Origin: an uncultured bacterium
Lineage (GTDB): Bacteria > Patescibacteriota > Patescibacteriia > UBA9570 > XYC2-FULL-38-9
Assembly: GCA_937996685.1 (NCBI GenBank)
Contig: CALKUP010000002.1
Span: forward strand, 177,066 to 241,065
Direction of reading: 5' to 3'
DNA length: 64,000 nt
In this document: positions 1-9,297 of the stretch, in pieces
Position numbering within the stretch: position 1 is the first letter of the stretch
How the letters are laid out: every line of letters begins with the position of its first letter
The notes under the pieces: generated by a model
Databases searched by the model: none
The model's input: the letters and a program-made list of their open reading frames with translations, nothing else
Told to the model about the DNA's origin: nothing
Program-made: the position numbers and the translations under genes

Positions 1-1
1 G

Positions 2-193
2 CACATTGGTGCTCAGTTTGAATGCGAGGTGATGATTCGATATCGACAAACACCACAACCGGCAACAGTTACGGTTGAAGAAGGGGGAAGAATTGCAATT
101 GCGTTTCACACGCCAGAACGCGCCGTCACACCCGGTCAATCAGCAGTGTTGTATGACGGAGATGTTGTGCTTGGTGGTGGGATTATTTCGTAG
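2..193 (+). CDS. mnmA: tRNA 2-thiouridylase MnmA, C-terminal fragment (runs off window start)
   Basis: Frame from nt 2 reads ...VMIRYRQTPQPATV...FHTPERAVTPGQSAVLYDGDVVLGGGIIS*, the typical MnmA C-terminus. Not in the ORF track. Confidence 0.9.
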   Translation, partial: HIGAQFECEVMIRYRQTPQPATVTVEEGGRIAIAFHTPERAVTPGQSAVLYDGDVVLGGGIIS

Positions 194-214
194 ATTTTTG
201 ATTGGTATTTTTTT

Positions 215-267
215 GTGTCTTTCGTCCTTTTGGACTCATCAGAAAAGATGCACATCTTTTGAGGCAC
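215..267 (-). ncRNA. Type III hammerhead ribozyme
   Basis: Minus strand reads GUGCC-UC^-AAAAGA-UGUGCA-UCUUUU-CUGAUGA-GUCC-AAAA-GGAC-GAAA-GACAC. The core is intact (CUGAUGA, GAAA, UH), stem I is 6 bp, stem II is 4 bp closed by G-C, and stem III has one C.A mismatch. Confidence 0.9.
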
Positions 268-327
268 CATGCGAAAGAATGTGAATTCTTCCGCATGACC
301 GAAGCAGCGGTCTGCGCTGATTCGGAT

Positions 328-528
328 TTATTTTGCCGCGTGTTGTTTGCTTGCGGCTTCCTCCTCGTGTGGTTGGTCATTGGCCGGCCGGAGCTTTGTT
401 GCCGGCCAGACAGTTTTTTTGACAGGGTAGCCTTCGCAGGCTGCCTCGTTTAGTCCACCGGCAGCGCTCGGGTGCGCCTCCGGTGGAACCGGGCGAGCGT
501 CATATCCGCCTTCGTCAAATCCTGCCAT
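328..528 (-). CDS. Small GC-rich orphan protein (66 aa)
   Basis: ATG preceded by AGGAGG at normal spacing (plus strand cctcct). GC-rich ORF followed by two hairpins and the hammerhead. No recognisable motif. Confidence 0.55.
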   Translation of the reverse strand: MAGFDEGGYDARPVPPEAHPSAAGGLNEAACEGYPVKKTVWPATKLRPANDQPHEEEAASKQHAAK

Positions 529-558
529 CTCTACCTCCTACAGGCTAGTTATCAACAG

Positions 559-634
559 GTATGATATTTAATATATAGCCAATATTAGGTAAAAATCATA
601 CTTTAGCTTGTATAGTATGATAAAGTATGATACT
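559..634. promoter_or_regulatory. Divergent promoter region with four GTATGAT boxes
   Basis: GTATGAT at 559, 615 and 625, with its reverse complement at 595. 10-bp inverted repeat ATCATACTTT (595-604) / AAAGTATGAT (622-631). Confidence 0.4.
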
Positions 635-684
635 TTTTTAGCGCATTTATTGTTCTTTGTCAATTAAAAAGAGATGGAGAAATT

Positions 685-755
685 GATGTTTGTTCATCGG
701 TTTTTTATTTTAAGATCAATTCTTTCTTAAAAACACCGATCGATGAACAAGCATC
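685..755 (+). promoter_or_regulatory. Long imperfect hairpin in the alpha-amylase 5' leader
   Basis: GATGTTTGTTCATCG pairs with CGATGAACAAGCATC; inner TTTTAAGA pairs with TCTTAAAA. Confidence 0.55.
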
Positions 756-794
756 GAAATCCGCCAAAATTGAGACAACGCCCTTGGAGGCACC

Positions 795-2555
795 ATGTCC
801 GCCCTTCTTCTTGCTCTCTCTTCTGTTGTGTCTTTTTCCTCCCGCGACATTCTCGCGGTTGGGGTTCCTGGTCAGACGACTCCGTTTGGTTTCGGAGCGG
901 GCACCAAGCTCACTCAAGCCCAGGGCGCTGGGCTGGAAGGCTACGCCTGGACCGAGCAGTTGCTCGCCCGGCGTTACCCTGCCGACAGGCTGGCAGTGGC
1001 GCACGCGGCCATCGCGCCGTACACTGCGCCGTTTGTTCCCGGAATCGAGACTCCTCGGCAGCTCCGCGCGAAAGTGCAGGAGCTGCAGACGCAGATCAAG
1101 GCGCCGTCGGACTGGATTCGCTCCGCGCGGATCTACGAGGTGTTGCCGCGCGCGTTCGACCCGACCAGCTTTGCTGCTCGATTCGGCCCCGGCATACCCT
1201 TGCACGGGCAGCAGGAATTGTTCACCCGCTTCATTGAGGGTGGCAACTCCTGGTTGCGAGCCTTCGCTCGAGTCATTCCGATCATCAAGGGATCGGGCTT
1301 TGACACGGTTTGGCTCCAAGAGTTGTGGCCGATGGACGGCTGGGGAGACGACGACGGGTCTCCGTACTCAGTGCGGGACTACGGGTCTATCAACCCGCGC
1401 CTCGGCACCGAAGAGGAGCTGCGTGAGCTGATCACGCTGGCTCGGTACATCGGTGTCAGCTTCATGGCTGACCTGATTCCGAACCACGTCGCGTACGACT
1501 CGTCGTTGGTTTCGGAGCGGCCGGAGATCTTCCGCCGCACCAGCTCAACGACCGCAACGGGCGAGTGCCCTGCCGACCACTTTGTGGTCAAGGACCGAGA
1601 TGACCGCGAGCGCTGGATTCAGCACGGTGGCTACACCGAAGTTGATGGCTCTCGAGTCGTCTGGGAGAAGACCGCGCAGATTGATCACGCCAGTGATCAC
1701 GGCCGCGGCTTCGTGACGGAAGTTGCGCTGCGGCTGGTCGACCTTGGCTTCGAGGCGATCCGTGTTGACATGGGCTACAGGATGCCGGACGGGCTCCTGG
1801 GCTATGTCATTGACGCGGTTCGGGCTGTGAAGCCGCGCGTCGGCTTCCTCGGCGAGTGCTGCAACGACGCGCACCGCGAGCGGCTGTCGGCAGAGGGCTT
1901 CGATGTTCTCTACTTCAAGCCGTGGTTCGATTCGATGCGGCGGCGCCAGGGCAGCCATGCCCAGGCTGCCAAGGCGATCGATCGCGCGGGCTTCCTCGCT
2001 TGGCAGCGAGGTATCGCCAGCAGCTGTGTCTACGTGACGCACCACGACGAAGCCGCGCTCCGTCGAGACTTCAAAGACATCGAGCGGCAGGTCAGCTACC
2101 TCACGCTCTTGCACCCCGGCGCCATGATTTGGTACGGGGGACAAGAGGTTTTGCATGACGCTGGCGAAAACGCTGGCGACATGCTCGACGATCGTCGCAA
2201 GGCGATTCCGTTCGGAGCACATCGAGACGCTGTCCGCATCAATTGGGGCAAATCTCCGGAGTTCGCCGCGTTCTTCAAGAACGCGTGCAACACGGCGAAC
2301 CACATCCGGGCACTCTACGGCCCCGGCTGTCGCGCTGAGCCGCTTCCGGTTCGTGGCGGACACAAGCCTGACCCGGCAGCCGGGTACTACCTCGTCAATG
2401 CGGCAGGAACCCGCGCGGCTGCGGTTCTTGTCAACTTTGACAACGAGAACGACGTGACCTTGGTCCTGGAAGACAAGACGCTGGGAGTTCTCCAGCAGGT
2501 CTACCTGAAGCCAGGTCAGTGTCGATTCGTCGAATTTGAGCTTTCTCCGAGCTGA
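795..2555 (+). CDS. GH13 alpha-amylase family glycosidase
   Basis: GSPYSVRDY..INPRLGT, ADLIPNH, and catalytic motifs IRVDMG (D), FLGEC (E), THHDE (D). GGAGG RBS; GC-rich. Confidence 0.88.
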   Translation: MSALLLALSSVVSFSSRDILAVGVPGQTTPFGFGAGTKLTQAQGAGLEGYAWTEQLLARRYPADRLAVAHAAIAPYTAPFVPGIETPRQLRAKVQELQTQIKAPSDWIRSARIYEVLPRAFDPTSFAARFGPGIPLHGQQELFTRFIEGGNSWLRAFARVIPIIKGSGFDTVWLQELWPMDGWGDDDGSPYSVRDYGSINPRLGTEEELRELITLARYIGVSFMADLIPNHVAYDSSLVSERPEIFRRTSSTTATGECPADHFVVKDRDDRERWIQHGGYTEVDGSRVVWEKTAQIDHASDHGRGFVTEVALRLVDLGFEAIRVDMGYRMPDGLLGYVIDAVRAVKPRVGFLGECCNDAHRERLSAEGFDVLYFKPWFDSMRRRQGSHAQAAKAIDRAGFLAWQRGIASSCVYVTHHDEAALRRDFKDIERQVSYLTLLHPGAMIWYGGQEVLHDAGENAGDMLDDRRKAIPFGAHRDAVRINWGKSPEFAAFFKNACNTANHIRALYGPGCRAEPLPVRGGHKPDPAAGYYLVNAAGTRAAAVLVNFDNENDVTLVLEDKTLGVLQQVYLKPGQCRFVEFELSPS

Positions 2556-2581
2556 TCGCGAGAAGCGCATATGCGACGACC

Positions 2582-2613
2582 GGGCGGCATCTGAAAAGAT
2601 CGCCGCCCTTTTT
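2582..2613 (+). terminator. Intrinsic terminator
   Basis: GGGCGGC...GCCGCCC stem followed by a T run. Confidence 0.8.
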
Positions 2614-2675
2614 CTTAGTTGAATAGATAGTTCAATTTTAGTACTATAGACTAGATAATAAATAATCTTCCTACT

Positions 2676-4982
2676 ATGTCCCAATTTTACAAATACCCAC
2701 TCCCACGAAACTTTGACTATTTACAATCGTTTACTGATCGAGACTATCAGCTATCAACAGACTTTTTAGAAAATGATATTTTATCTTTGACATTGAACTA
2801 CACAGACAAGCGTTTGCCGAACCATTCGATTTTTAAAAATTCAGTATCTTCTCAAGCGGTGAAACAAGAGGGTGATGTAGTAGTCTATAAAAACGGAAAT
2901 ACAGAATATCGCATTACACAACATCCAGTCATGCTGACAGTTGTGCAAGACGGAAAAGAGGTGCTGCAGTCTCGCGATGTCTTTGTTGGATTGAACGGTG
3001 AGCATACTATTTTTCAATTCAAGAAAGAGAGCAATGAACAACCATTTTGGGGCTTTGGGAGTAAAACTGGAGTACTGAATCAAAAAAATCGGGCGATGAA
3101 AATGTGGAACAACGATGTTCTTGGTGAGCATCCACATTCTTGGACACGTGATGATTATGATCCAACATATGCGTCAGTGAATTTTTTCATTACATATTCC
3201 AATGGAACGTACATTGGTTTATTTCTTGATAACTCAGATGAAACATTTTACAACACCGGGAAGAGTACGCATCTAGTTCCAAACGAAGTGCCTCAAGAAA
3301 CAACAGATGAATGGCAACCGCGATTTTATTGTGGTGCATACGCCGGTGAGTCAACGTTATATGTGATGACTGGTAATACGCTTGGAGAGGTTGTGCAAAA
3401 GTACGCGAAGCTCACGGGCGTTCATGAGTTGCCGCCTGTCTGGGCACTTGGTAAGCATCAGTGTAAGTTTTCGTATCTTGATGAACAAGCAATTCGTGAT
3501 GTGATTGAAGGGTATGAAAAAAATGAGCTACCACTTGATTGTGTTTGGTTCGACATTGATTACATGGAAAAGTTTAAGGTCTTTACATGGAACAACACGA
3601 CCTTTTCAGATCCAGCTCAATTAATTAAATGGATTCATGACAAAGGAGTGAATGCTGTGACAATTATTGATCCGGGTGTACGAGAAGAAGAAGGGTATGA
3701 TGTGTATGAGTCTGGTGTTTCAAAAAATGTGTTTACAAAAACACATAACGGTCAACGCTATATCGCGCAAGTATGGCCGGGAGATACGGTGATGCCAGAT
3801 TTTTCTCTAGAAGAAACAAAGGAATGGTGGAGTGATCACGTTAAACAATTTATTGATACCTACAAAATAGATGGTGCGTGGCTTGATATGAATGACCCAT
3901 CGACTGGTCCGTCAGAGCGGAATGACATGCTATTTCAAAATGGCACAGTGCCGCATCATTCGTACCATAATATCTATGGAGATATGATGAGCATCGCGAC
4001 AAAGCGAGGCTTGGAAAAAGCAGACGCAGAGAAGCGCTCATTTATTTTAACTCGATCAGGTTCTGCTGGAATTCAACAGCACGCAGCCGTCTGGACTGGA
4101 GACAACTTTAGTTCATGGGAGCATTTACAAATGTCAATTCCACAGTCTGTAAACTTGTCATTATCTGGCGTGTCTTTCAATGGCCCAGATGTTGGCGGCT
4201 TTATGGGAGAGACAAATGAACAGTTGTTAACACGTTGGTATCAAGCTGGTTTCCTGTTTCCGTTTTTCCGTAACCACAATACAAAGACTGGCCATGGTGG
4301 CGGCGCGCATCAAGAGCCGTATGCGTTTTCAAAAGATACATTGGATGCGGTTCGTTCAATGATCAATACACGGTATAAATTTTTGCCATACTTGTACACT
4401 GTTTTTCATGAGCATTATACAATCGGCAGTTCTGTCATGCGTCCGTTATTTTATGAATTTAATAACCCGGAGTATTTTAGTGTGAGTGACCAATTTATGA
4501 CTGGTCCAGCGATTATGCAAGCGCCAATTCTCACAGAAGAGAACAAGCGTTCAGTATTGTTGCCAGAAGGAAAGTGGTATGAATGGTTTGGAAAAGAGTG
4601 GCTTGATGGAGGAAAAGCAGTTGATGTTGAATTACCACTCGAGCAAACAACGCTCTATTTGCGTGATGGATACGTTATCCCTGTGTTAGCAGGTGAGGTG
4701 TTTCATGAAAAAGAATCACGAGATTTTGCAAACGTTGAATTCATTGCGCTCTTGAATGATGTCGCAGAGGTGTCATATACATACTACGAAGATGATGGCG
4801 CGACGCAGCAATATAAAAACGGGGCGTACAACACGATTGAAATCACAGTTAAACAAGATGGTGCGCTCTCAGCTCGCGGAACACAGCATGGATATCCAAA
4901 CGGAATTCAAGAAGTGCGCGTGCATGTTATTACTGCAACTGGAGTGCAAGAGGTCTCTTGCCCAGTTTCATACGATATGTGA
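2676..4982 (+). CDS. GH31 alpha-glucosidase
   Basis: WFDIDYM, IIDPG, WLDMNDP (nucleophile), WTGDN (acid/base), GPDVGGF and PFFRNH motifs. Confidence 0.93.
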   Translation: MSQFYKYPLPRNFDYLQSFTDRDYQLSTDFLENDILSLTLNYTDKRLPNHSIFKNSVSSQAVKQEGDVVVYKNGNTEYRITQHPVMLTVVQDGKEVLQSRDVFVGLNGEHTIFQFKKESNEQPFWGFGSKTGVLNQKNRAMKMWNNDVLGEHPHSWTRDDYDPTYASVNFFITYSNGTYIGLFLDNSDETFYNTGKSTHLVPNEVPQETTDEWQPRFYCGAYAGESTLYVMTGNTLGEVVQKYAKLTGVHELPPVWALGKHQCKFSYLDEQAIRDVIEGYEKNELPLDCVWFDIDYMEKFKVFTWNNTTFSDPAQLIKWIHDKGVNAVTIIDPGVREEEGYDVYESGVSKNVFTKTHNGQRYIAQVWPGDTVMPDFSLEETKEWWSDHVKQFIDTYKIDGAWLDMNDPSTGPSERNDMLFQNGTVPHHSYHNIYGDMMSIATKRGLEKADAEKRSFILTRSGSAGIQQHAAVWTGDNFSSWEHLQMSIPQSVNLSLSGVSFNGPDVGGFMGETNEQLLTRWYQAGFLFPFFRNHNTKTGHGGGAHQEPYAFSKDTLDAVRSMINTRYKFLPYLYTVFHEHYTIGSSVMRPLFYEFNNPEYFSVSDQFMTGPAIMQAPILTEENKRSVLLPEGKWYEWFGKEWLDGGKAVDVELPLEQTTLYLRDGYVIPVLAGEVFHEKESRDFANVEFIALLNDVAEVSYTYYEDDGATQQYKNGAYNTIEITVKQDGALSARGTQHGYPNGIQEVRVHVITATGVQEVSCPVSYDM

Positions 4983-4994
4983 TAATTTGATTCT

Positions 4995-6353
4995 ATGAAT
5001 CAATCACAACCCGGACAACACGAGTTTGTTCTCAATCAAGCAATAAAAGAGCGATTTGATGACATGCGTTTTCGGTGGTTTTCACACCAGGAAATTCGTG
5101 ATATCGCAAATCGATTATCAACAGCAATTCAAATCGGTATTGACCGACAAGGCATCCCGACGCGGGCTGATGGCGGTGTATTGGCAATTCCGTCTCACGT
5201 TACTGCGATTTCACAGTCACAGATTGCGCAGCTTCCGGAAGATGCTGTTGCGATTACTGCAGCATGCGGCGGAACAAATTGGATCTTCACCTTGGCGCGA
5301 AAGCAGGCTGACGGAACAGTGATTCTTGAAGAGGCAAGTTCTGATGAGATGCCAGAAGGCGAGCGGACACACACCTTTGATTCGTTGATGGATTTAATCG
5401 CCGGGAATGTCGCGCGAGTTGCGAAACAATACGGAGTTGAAGCGCATCCACATCTTGCGATTGGTATTTCTTTTGGTTTTCCGCAAACAAATCTCAAGCA
5501 AGAGAATGGCGATATTGATTGTCGTATCACGATGTCTCATTTGCCGAAAAAATGGATTGTGACAGATTGTGATGATTCAGTGCCTGCTGAACAACAACCA
5601 TCATTGTCTGACTTATTGCGCACGAAACTCACCGCACTCGGGATCACATCTCCTGGTGCCATTACCATCATCAACGATACAGTTGCGGTTAGTCTTGATG
5701 TACAACATGTAGACGATCTACCTGTTGGGTTTGTCTTTGGAACAGGAACAAATGCGGCGTTATTTGTTGATAGCACGAAAGGCATTTTAAATTTAGAGTC
5801 TGGACACATGCCGATGGAGCCCGACGCTGTGTGGGAGGAAATGAAACGGCGCGGGTATATCACAGAAGAGCGTCCGGTAATGGAGCATTGGATGGGCGGT
5901 GGAAATTTGCCATACCGCATCGCAGCGGCTCTGTATTTAGTTGAAGATATGGTTCCAAATGCTGCTCGATTTGCTGAGATGTTTATCAATACAGAAAATC
6001 AAGCGTTGATATCTCATTTAGCAAGTAGTGATTTTTCTGATTTGCAATTTGCTGGTGTAACCCCAGAAGAAGAGGATGTGTTGCGCAGTGTGTGTCGTCG
6101 TGTTCTCACTCAAGCTGGCCAAGTGATTGGTATTATGTCTGCCGTAGTTGCGGAGCACGCAGGGTACAAGCAAGGATCCGCGCATTTCCCGTTTGAAGGA
6201 TCGTTGATGAAGAAGGGATATAATGTACAACGAACCGCGCTTGATACAGCAGAGCTTCTTATTCCAGGTCATCAGTTGCAACCATATGTTGCAACTGGCA
6301 TGATTGGTGTCGCGAAACTTGCTATGGTGCAGACCGCGGAGTACTATACGTAA
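4995..6353 (+). CDS. Eukaryote-type hexokinase family protein
   Basis: GGTN, GISFGFP, INDTVA, GFVFGTGTNA, NLESG and EGSL motifs in hexokinase order. Confidence 0.8.
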   Translation: MNQSQPGQHEFVLNQAIKERFDDMRFRWFSHQEIRDIANRLSTAIQIGIDRQGIPTRADGGVLAIPSHVTAISQSQIAQLPEDAVAITAACGGTNWIFTLARKQADGTVILEEASSDEMPEGERTHTFDSLMDLIAGNVARVAKQYGVEAHPHLAIGISFGFPQTNLKQENGDIDCRITMSHLPKKWIVTDCDDSVPAEQQPSLSDLLRTKLTALGITSPGAITIINDTVAVSLDVQHVDDLPVGFVFGTGTNAALFVDSTKGILNLESGHMPMEPDAVWEEMKRRGYITEERPVMEHWMGGGNLPYRIAAALYLVEDMVPNAARFAEMFINTENQALISHLASSDFSDLQFAGVTPEEEDVLRSVCRRVLTQAGQVIGIMSAVVAEHAGYKQGSAHFPFEGSLMKKGYNVQRTALDTAELLIPGHQLQPYVATGMIGVAKLAMVQTAEYYT

Positions 6354-6986
6354 ATGATAGAGAAGATTATTCGTCGAATTGCAGGCCCGCTGACAGTTGT
6401 TGCGACGGTGATTTTTCTTGGGGCCATGCCGTTTTTGTATCAAGAGAATCATGATAATCACATTTTTCGCACGGTGATTTCTTTTTTGTGCGCGTTCTCA
6501 ATCGCCGGTTTGTGGATTGCGCTGACGTGGTCCATTAAAAAAGACCGTGTCGCATTTCAAGATGCTGCGAGCATGCAGTTGATTTGGATTTTCGCGCTCG
6601 CGAGTAATGGCTTTGGTGCAATTGGGTTGTATTATATTTGGTTTTATTATGACTTGGTCATACATTTTATTAATCCGTTGCTTGCGACCGAATTTTTGTT
6701 TTTCTTATTTCATTATTGGTGGAAGCAGGAGCCAGATTTTTGGCAAATGATTCGGTTTATTTTTATTGCGATTGGCTTGGTGTTGTTATGGGAGTGGTAT
6801 GAAGCAATTTTGGATTTTCTTCTTGGAACGTCAATGGTTGGGCAGGCAGGCGAGGCGAATGATACGCTAACAGACATTATGGCAGGGATTCTAGGTGTGT
6901 TGGTTGGGGTTGTGTTATACAACCGCCCAAAATGGTTCTGGTTTTCATATCAGCAGTCTGAGCCAAAAAAAGACCTCTCAGTTTGA
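6354..6986 (+). CDS. Integral membrane protein, DUF2238/YjdF-like
   Basis: Several TM helices; YDLVIH, LWEWYE and DTLTDI motifs. Confidence 0.6.
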   Translation: MIEKIIRRIAGPLTVVATVIFLGAMPFLYQENHDNHIFRTVISFLCAFSIAGLWIALTWSIKKDRVAFQDAASMQLIWIFALASNGFGAIGLYYIWFYYDLVIHFINPLLATEFLFFLFHYWWKQEPDFWQMIRFIFIAIGLVLLWEWYEAILDFLLGTSMVGQAGEANDTLTDIMAGILGVLVGVVLYNRPKWFWFSYQQSEPKKDLSV

Positions 6987-7039
6987 CCAGGTCGGCTATT
7001 TTTGGCATACTAGACGGGTAATTTTATCCTATTTTTATT

Positions 7040-8341
7040 ATGAATATTGTTGTTGTTGGCACCGGCTATGTCGGCCTCGTGTCTGGGGCGTGTCTCGCTG
7101 AAATCAATCATACTGTCACTTGTATTGATATTGATGAACAAAAAATTGAACGGTTGCGGCAAGGGATTATTCCAATCTATGAACCAGGCCTCGACACTGT
7201 TGTGAAAACAAATGTTGCAGCTGGTCGTTTGCAATTTTCAACAGACCTCACAGCCGTGCTTGATGACGCTGATGCTGTGTTCATTGCTGTTGGGACGCCG
7301 CCAAAAGAAGATGGGAGCGCTGACTTGCGATTTGTGTATCAAGTGGCAGAAACGCTTGGTGCGAACCTCAAAAAATATACAGTCATTGTGAACAAATCAA
7401 CTGTTCCAGTTGGAACTGGCCGGGAAGTTGAGGAGATTATTCGCAAAACCTACAGCGGCGAATTTGATGTTGTGTCATGTCCAGAATTTTTACGTGAAGG
7501 TTCAGCGGTGAAGGATTTTATGAATCCAGACAGAATCGTTATTGGTGCTCGAAATGATCGAGCGGCAAAAGTAATCTTAGATGTCTTCGCGCCAACAAAA
7601 GGCGAAAAGGTTGTGACATCTGTTGAAAGTGCTGAGCTGATTAAATATGCATCGAATGCATTTTTGGCAACGAAGATTTCTTTCATTAATGAGATCGCGC
7701 AAATCTGTGAACGCACGGGCGCGGATATTGAAGAAGTGGCGTATGGCGTCGGACTTGATGGTCGCATTGGACCGCGTTTCTTGCACGCTGGTATCGGCTG
7801 GGGCGGTTCGTGCTTTCCGAAAGATGTGCACGCCCTTGATCAAATTGGTGGTGAGCATGGCTACGATTTCAAATTATTGAAAGCGGTGATTGAAGTAAAT
7901 AATTTTCAACGAGAGCACATGGTGCAACGCATGAAAGATCATTTTGGCGGAAACTTGCACGGCAAAAAGATTGGTGTCTTGGGTCTCGCGTTTAAAGCCA
8001 ATACGGATGATGTTCGCGAATCAGCCGCTATTGATATTGTGAAGTTATTAGCAGCTGCTGGAGCTGATGTGACAGCCTTTGATTATCACGCAACAAATAA
8101 TGCAAAAGCGGAATTGAAAGATGTTGCTCTTGCATACGCAGAAGATGTGTATGATGTTGCAACAGGCGCTGACGCTGTGATTATTGCGGCTGAGTGGCCA
8201 GAATTCCGTGAGCTTGATTGGAGTCAGATTAAACAAACTATGAATACACCCGTGGTATTTGATGGTCGTAACTTATTAAAACCGTCTCGAATGCGTGATG
8301 AACTTGGGTTTACGTATATCGCTGTTGGTCGTCCTGAATAA
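7040..8341 (+). CDS. ugd: UDP-glucose 6-dehydrogenase
   Basis: GTGYVG, KSTVPVG, PEFLREG, GGSCFPKD and AFKANTDDVRES motifs. Confidence 0.93.
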   Translation: MNIVVVGTGYVGLVSGACLAEINHTVTCIDIDEQKIERLRQGIIPIYEPGLDTVVKTNVAAGRLQFSTDLTAVLDDADAVFIAVGTPPKEDGSADLRFVYQVAETLGANLKKYTVIVNKSTVPVGTGREVEEIIRKTYSGEFDVVSCPEFLREGSAVKDFMNPDRIVIGARNDRAAKVILDVFAPTKGEKVVTSVESAELIKYASNAFLATKISFINEIAQICERTGADIEEVAYGVGLDGRIGPRFLHAGIGWGGSCFPKDVHALDQIGGEHGYDFKLLKAVIEVNNFQREHMVQRMKDHFGGNLHGKKIGVLGLAFKANTDDVRESAAIDIVKLLAAAGADVTAFDYHATNNAKAELKDVALAYAEDVYDVATGADAVIIAAEWPEFRELDWSQIKQTMNTPVVFDGRNLLKPSRMRDELGFTYIAVGRPE

Positions 8342-8347
8342 ATTCCT

Positions 8348-9292
8348 ATGAAATTAATTGTTACTATCCCGTGTTATAACGAAGAGGAAAACCTCGCTGA
8401 TGTCATTGCGGAAATTCCGCGAACGATTCCAGGCATTGATCAAGTTGAAGTATTGATTTTAGATGACGGGTCAACAGACCGAACAGTCGAAATCGCGCGC
8501 GAGTCAGGCGCTGATTATATTATTCAAAACGAAGGCAATAAAGGTCTTGCGACAACCTTCAAGCGAGCGTTGTGGGAAGCGGTGTCACGCGGGGCAGATA
8601 TTGTTGTGAATACAGATGGTGATAATCATTACAATCAATCAAAAATTCCAGAACTTATTGCGCCACTGCTTGAAAAACGAGCTGAAATTAGTATTGGCTC
8701 TCGCAAAGTAGAAGAGCTCAAAGATATGCCATTTTTGAATAAATACTTGAACCAATTGGGAAGTTTTATTATGACCTCATGGGTTGGGATGCCGCGATAT
8801 GATGTTTCAACTGGTTTTCGTGCCTATTCACGAGAGGCGGCCTTGAAGCTTGGTGTTTATTCATTGCATACATATGTGCATACAACATTGATGTCTGCGC
8901 AAGATTTGCATTTAACAATTACAGAAGTGCCAATTTTAGCGCGAAAAGTGACGCGTAAATCTCGCTTGATTAAAAATATTCCAGACCACATGTGGAAAGC
9001 GGGAACAAATATTTTGCGCAATGTCGTTATTTTCCGTCCAATGCGATTTTTTGGGTGGATTGCGCTGGCTCTTGCGATTGTTGGTGTGATTCCAGTTGTG
9101 CGCTTTTTATATTTCCTTGCAATTGGAGAAGGGGATGGTCATGTGCAGTCATTAATTTTATCTGGAGTGGTGATTATCTTGAGTTTCAATAGCTTGATGC
9201 TTGGGCTTCTTGGAACAACACTTGGCTGGATTCGTAAAATTCAAGAAGATCAATTGTATCTGACAAAAAAACAATTTTTAAACGATAAATAA
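8348..9292 (+). CDS. GT2 glycosyltransferase (polyprenol-phosphate type)
   Basis: IPCYNEE, DDGSTD and DGD motifs; two C-terminal TM helices. Confidence 0.9.
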   Translation: MKLIVTIPCYNEEENLADVIAEIPRTIPGIDQVEVLILDDGSTDRTVEIARESGADYIIQNEGNKGLATTFKRALWEAVSRGADIVVNTDGDNHYNQSKIPELIAPLLEKRAEISIGSRKVEELKDMPFLNKYLNQLGSFIMTSWVGMPRYDVSTGFRAYSREAALKLGVYSLHTYVHTTLMSAQDLHLTITEVPILARKVTRKSRLIKNIPDHMWKAGTNILRNVVIFRPMRFFGWIALALAIVGVIPVVRFLYFLAIGEGDGHVQSLILSGVVIILSFNSLMLGLLGTTLGWIRKIQEDQLYLTKKQFLNDK

Positions 9293-9297
9293 AAACC

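Noticed and set aside
269-298. Plus-strand mini-ORF MRKNVNSSA after GAGGCACC
   Set aside because: Only nine codons, inside a hairpin and antisense to the ribozyme; no independent support, though not excluded.
705-2684. Long alternative-frame and antisense ORFs over the amylase (and likewise over M23, rpsB and miaB)
   Set aside because: Shadow ORFs of real genes, favoured where GC is high; no motifs or RBS.
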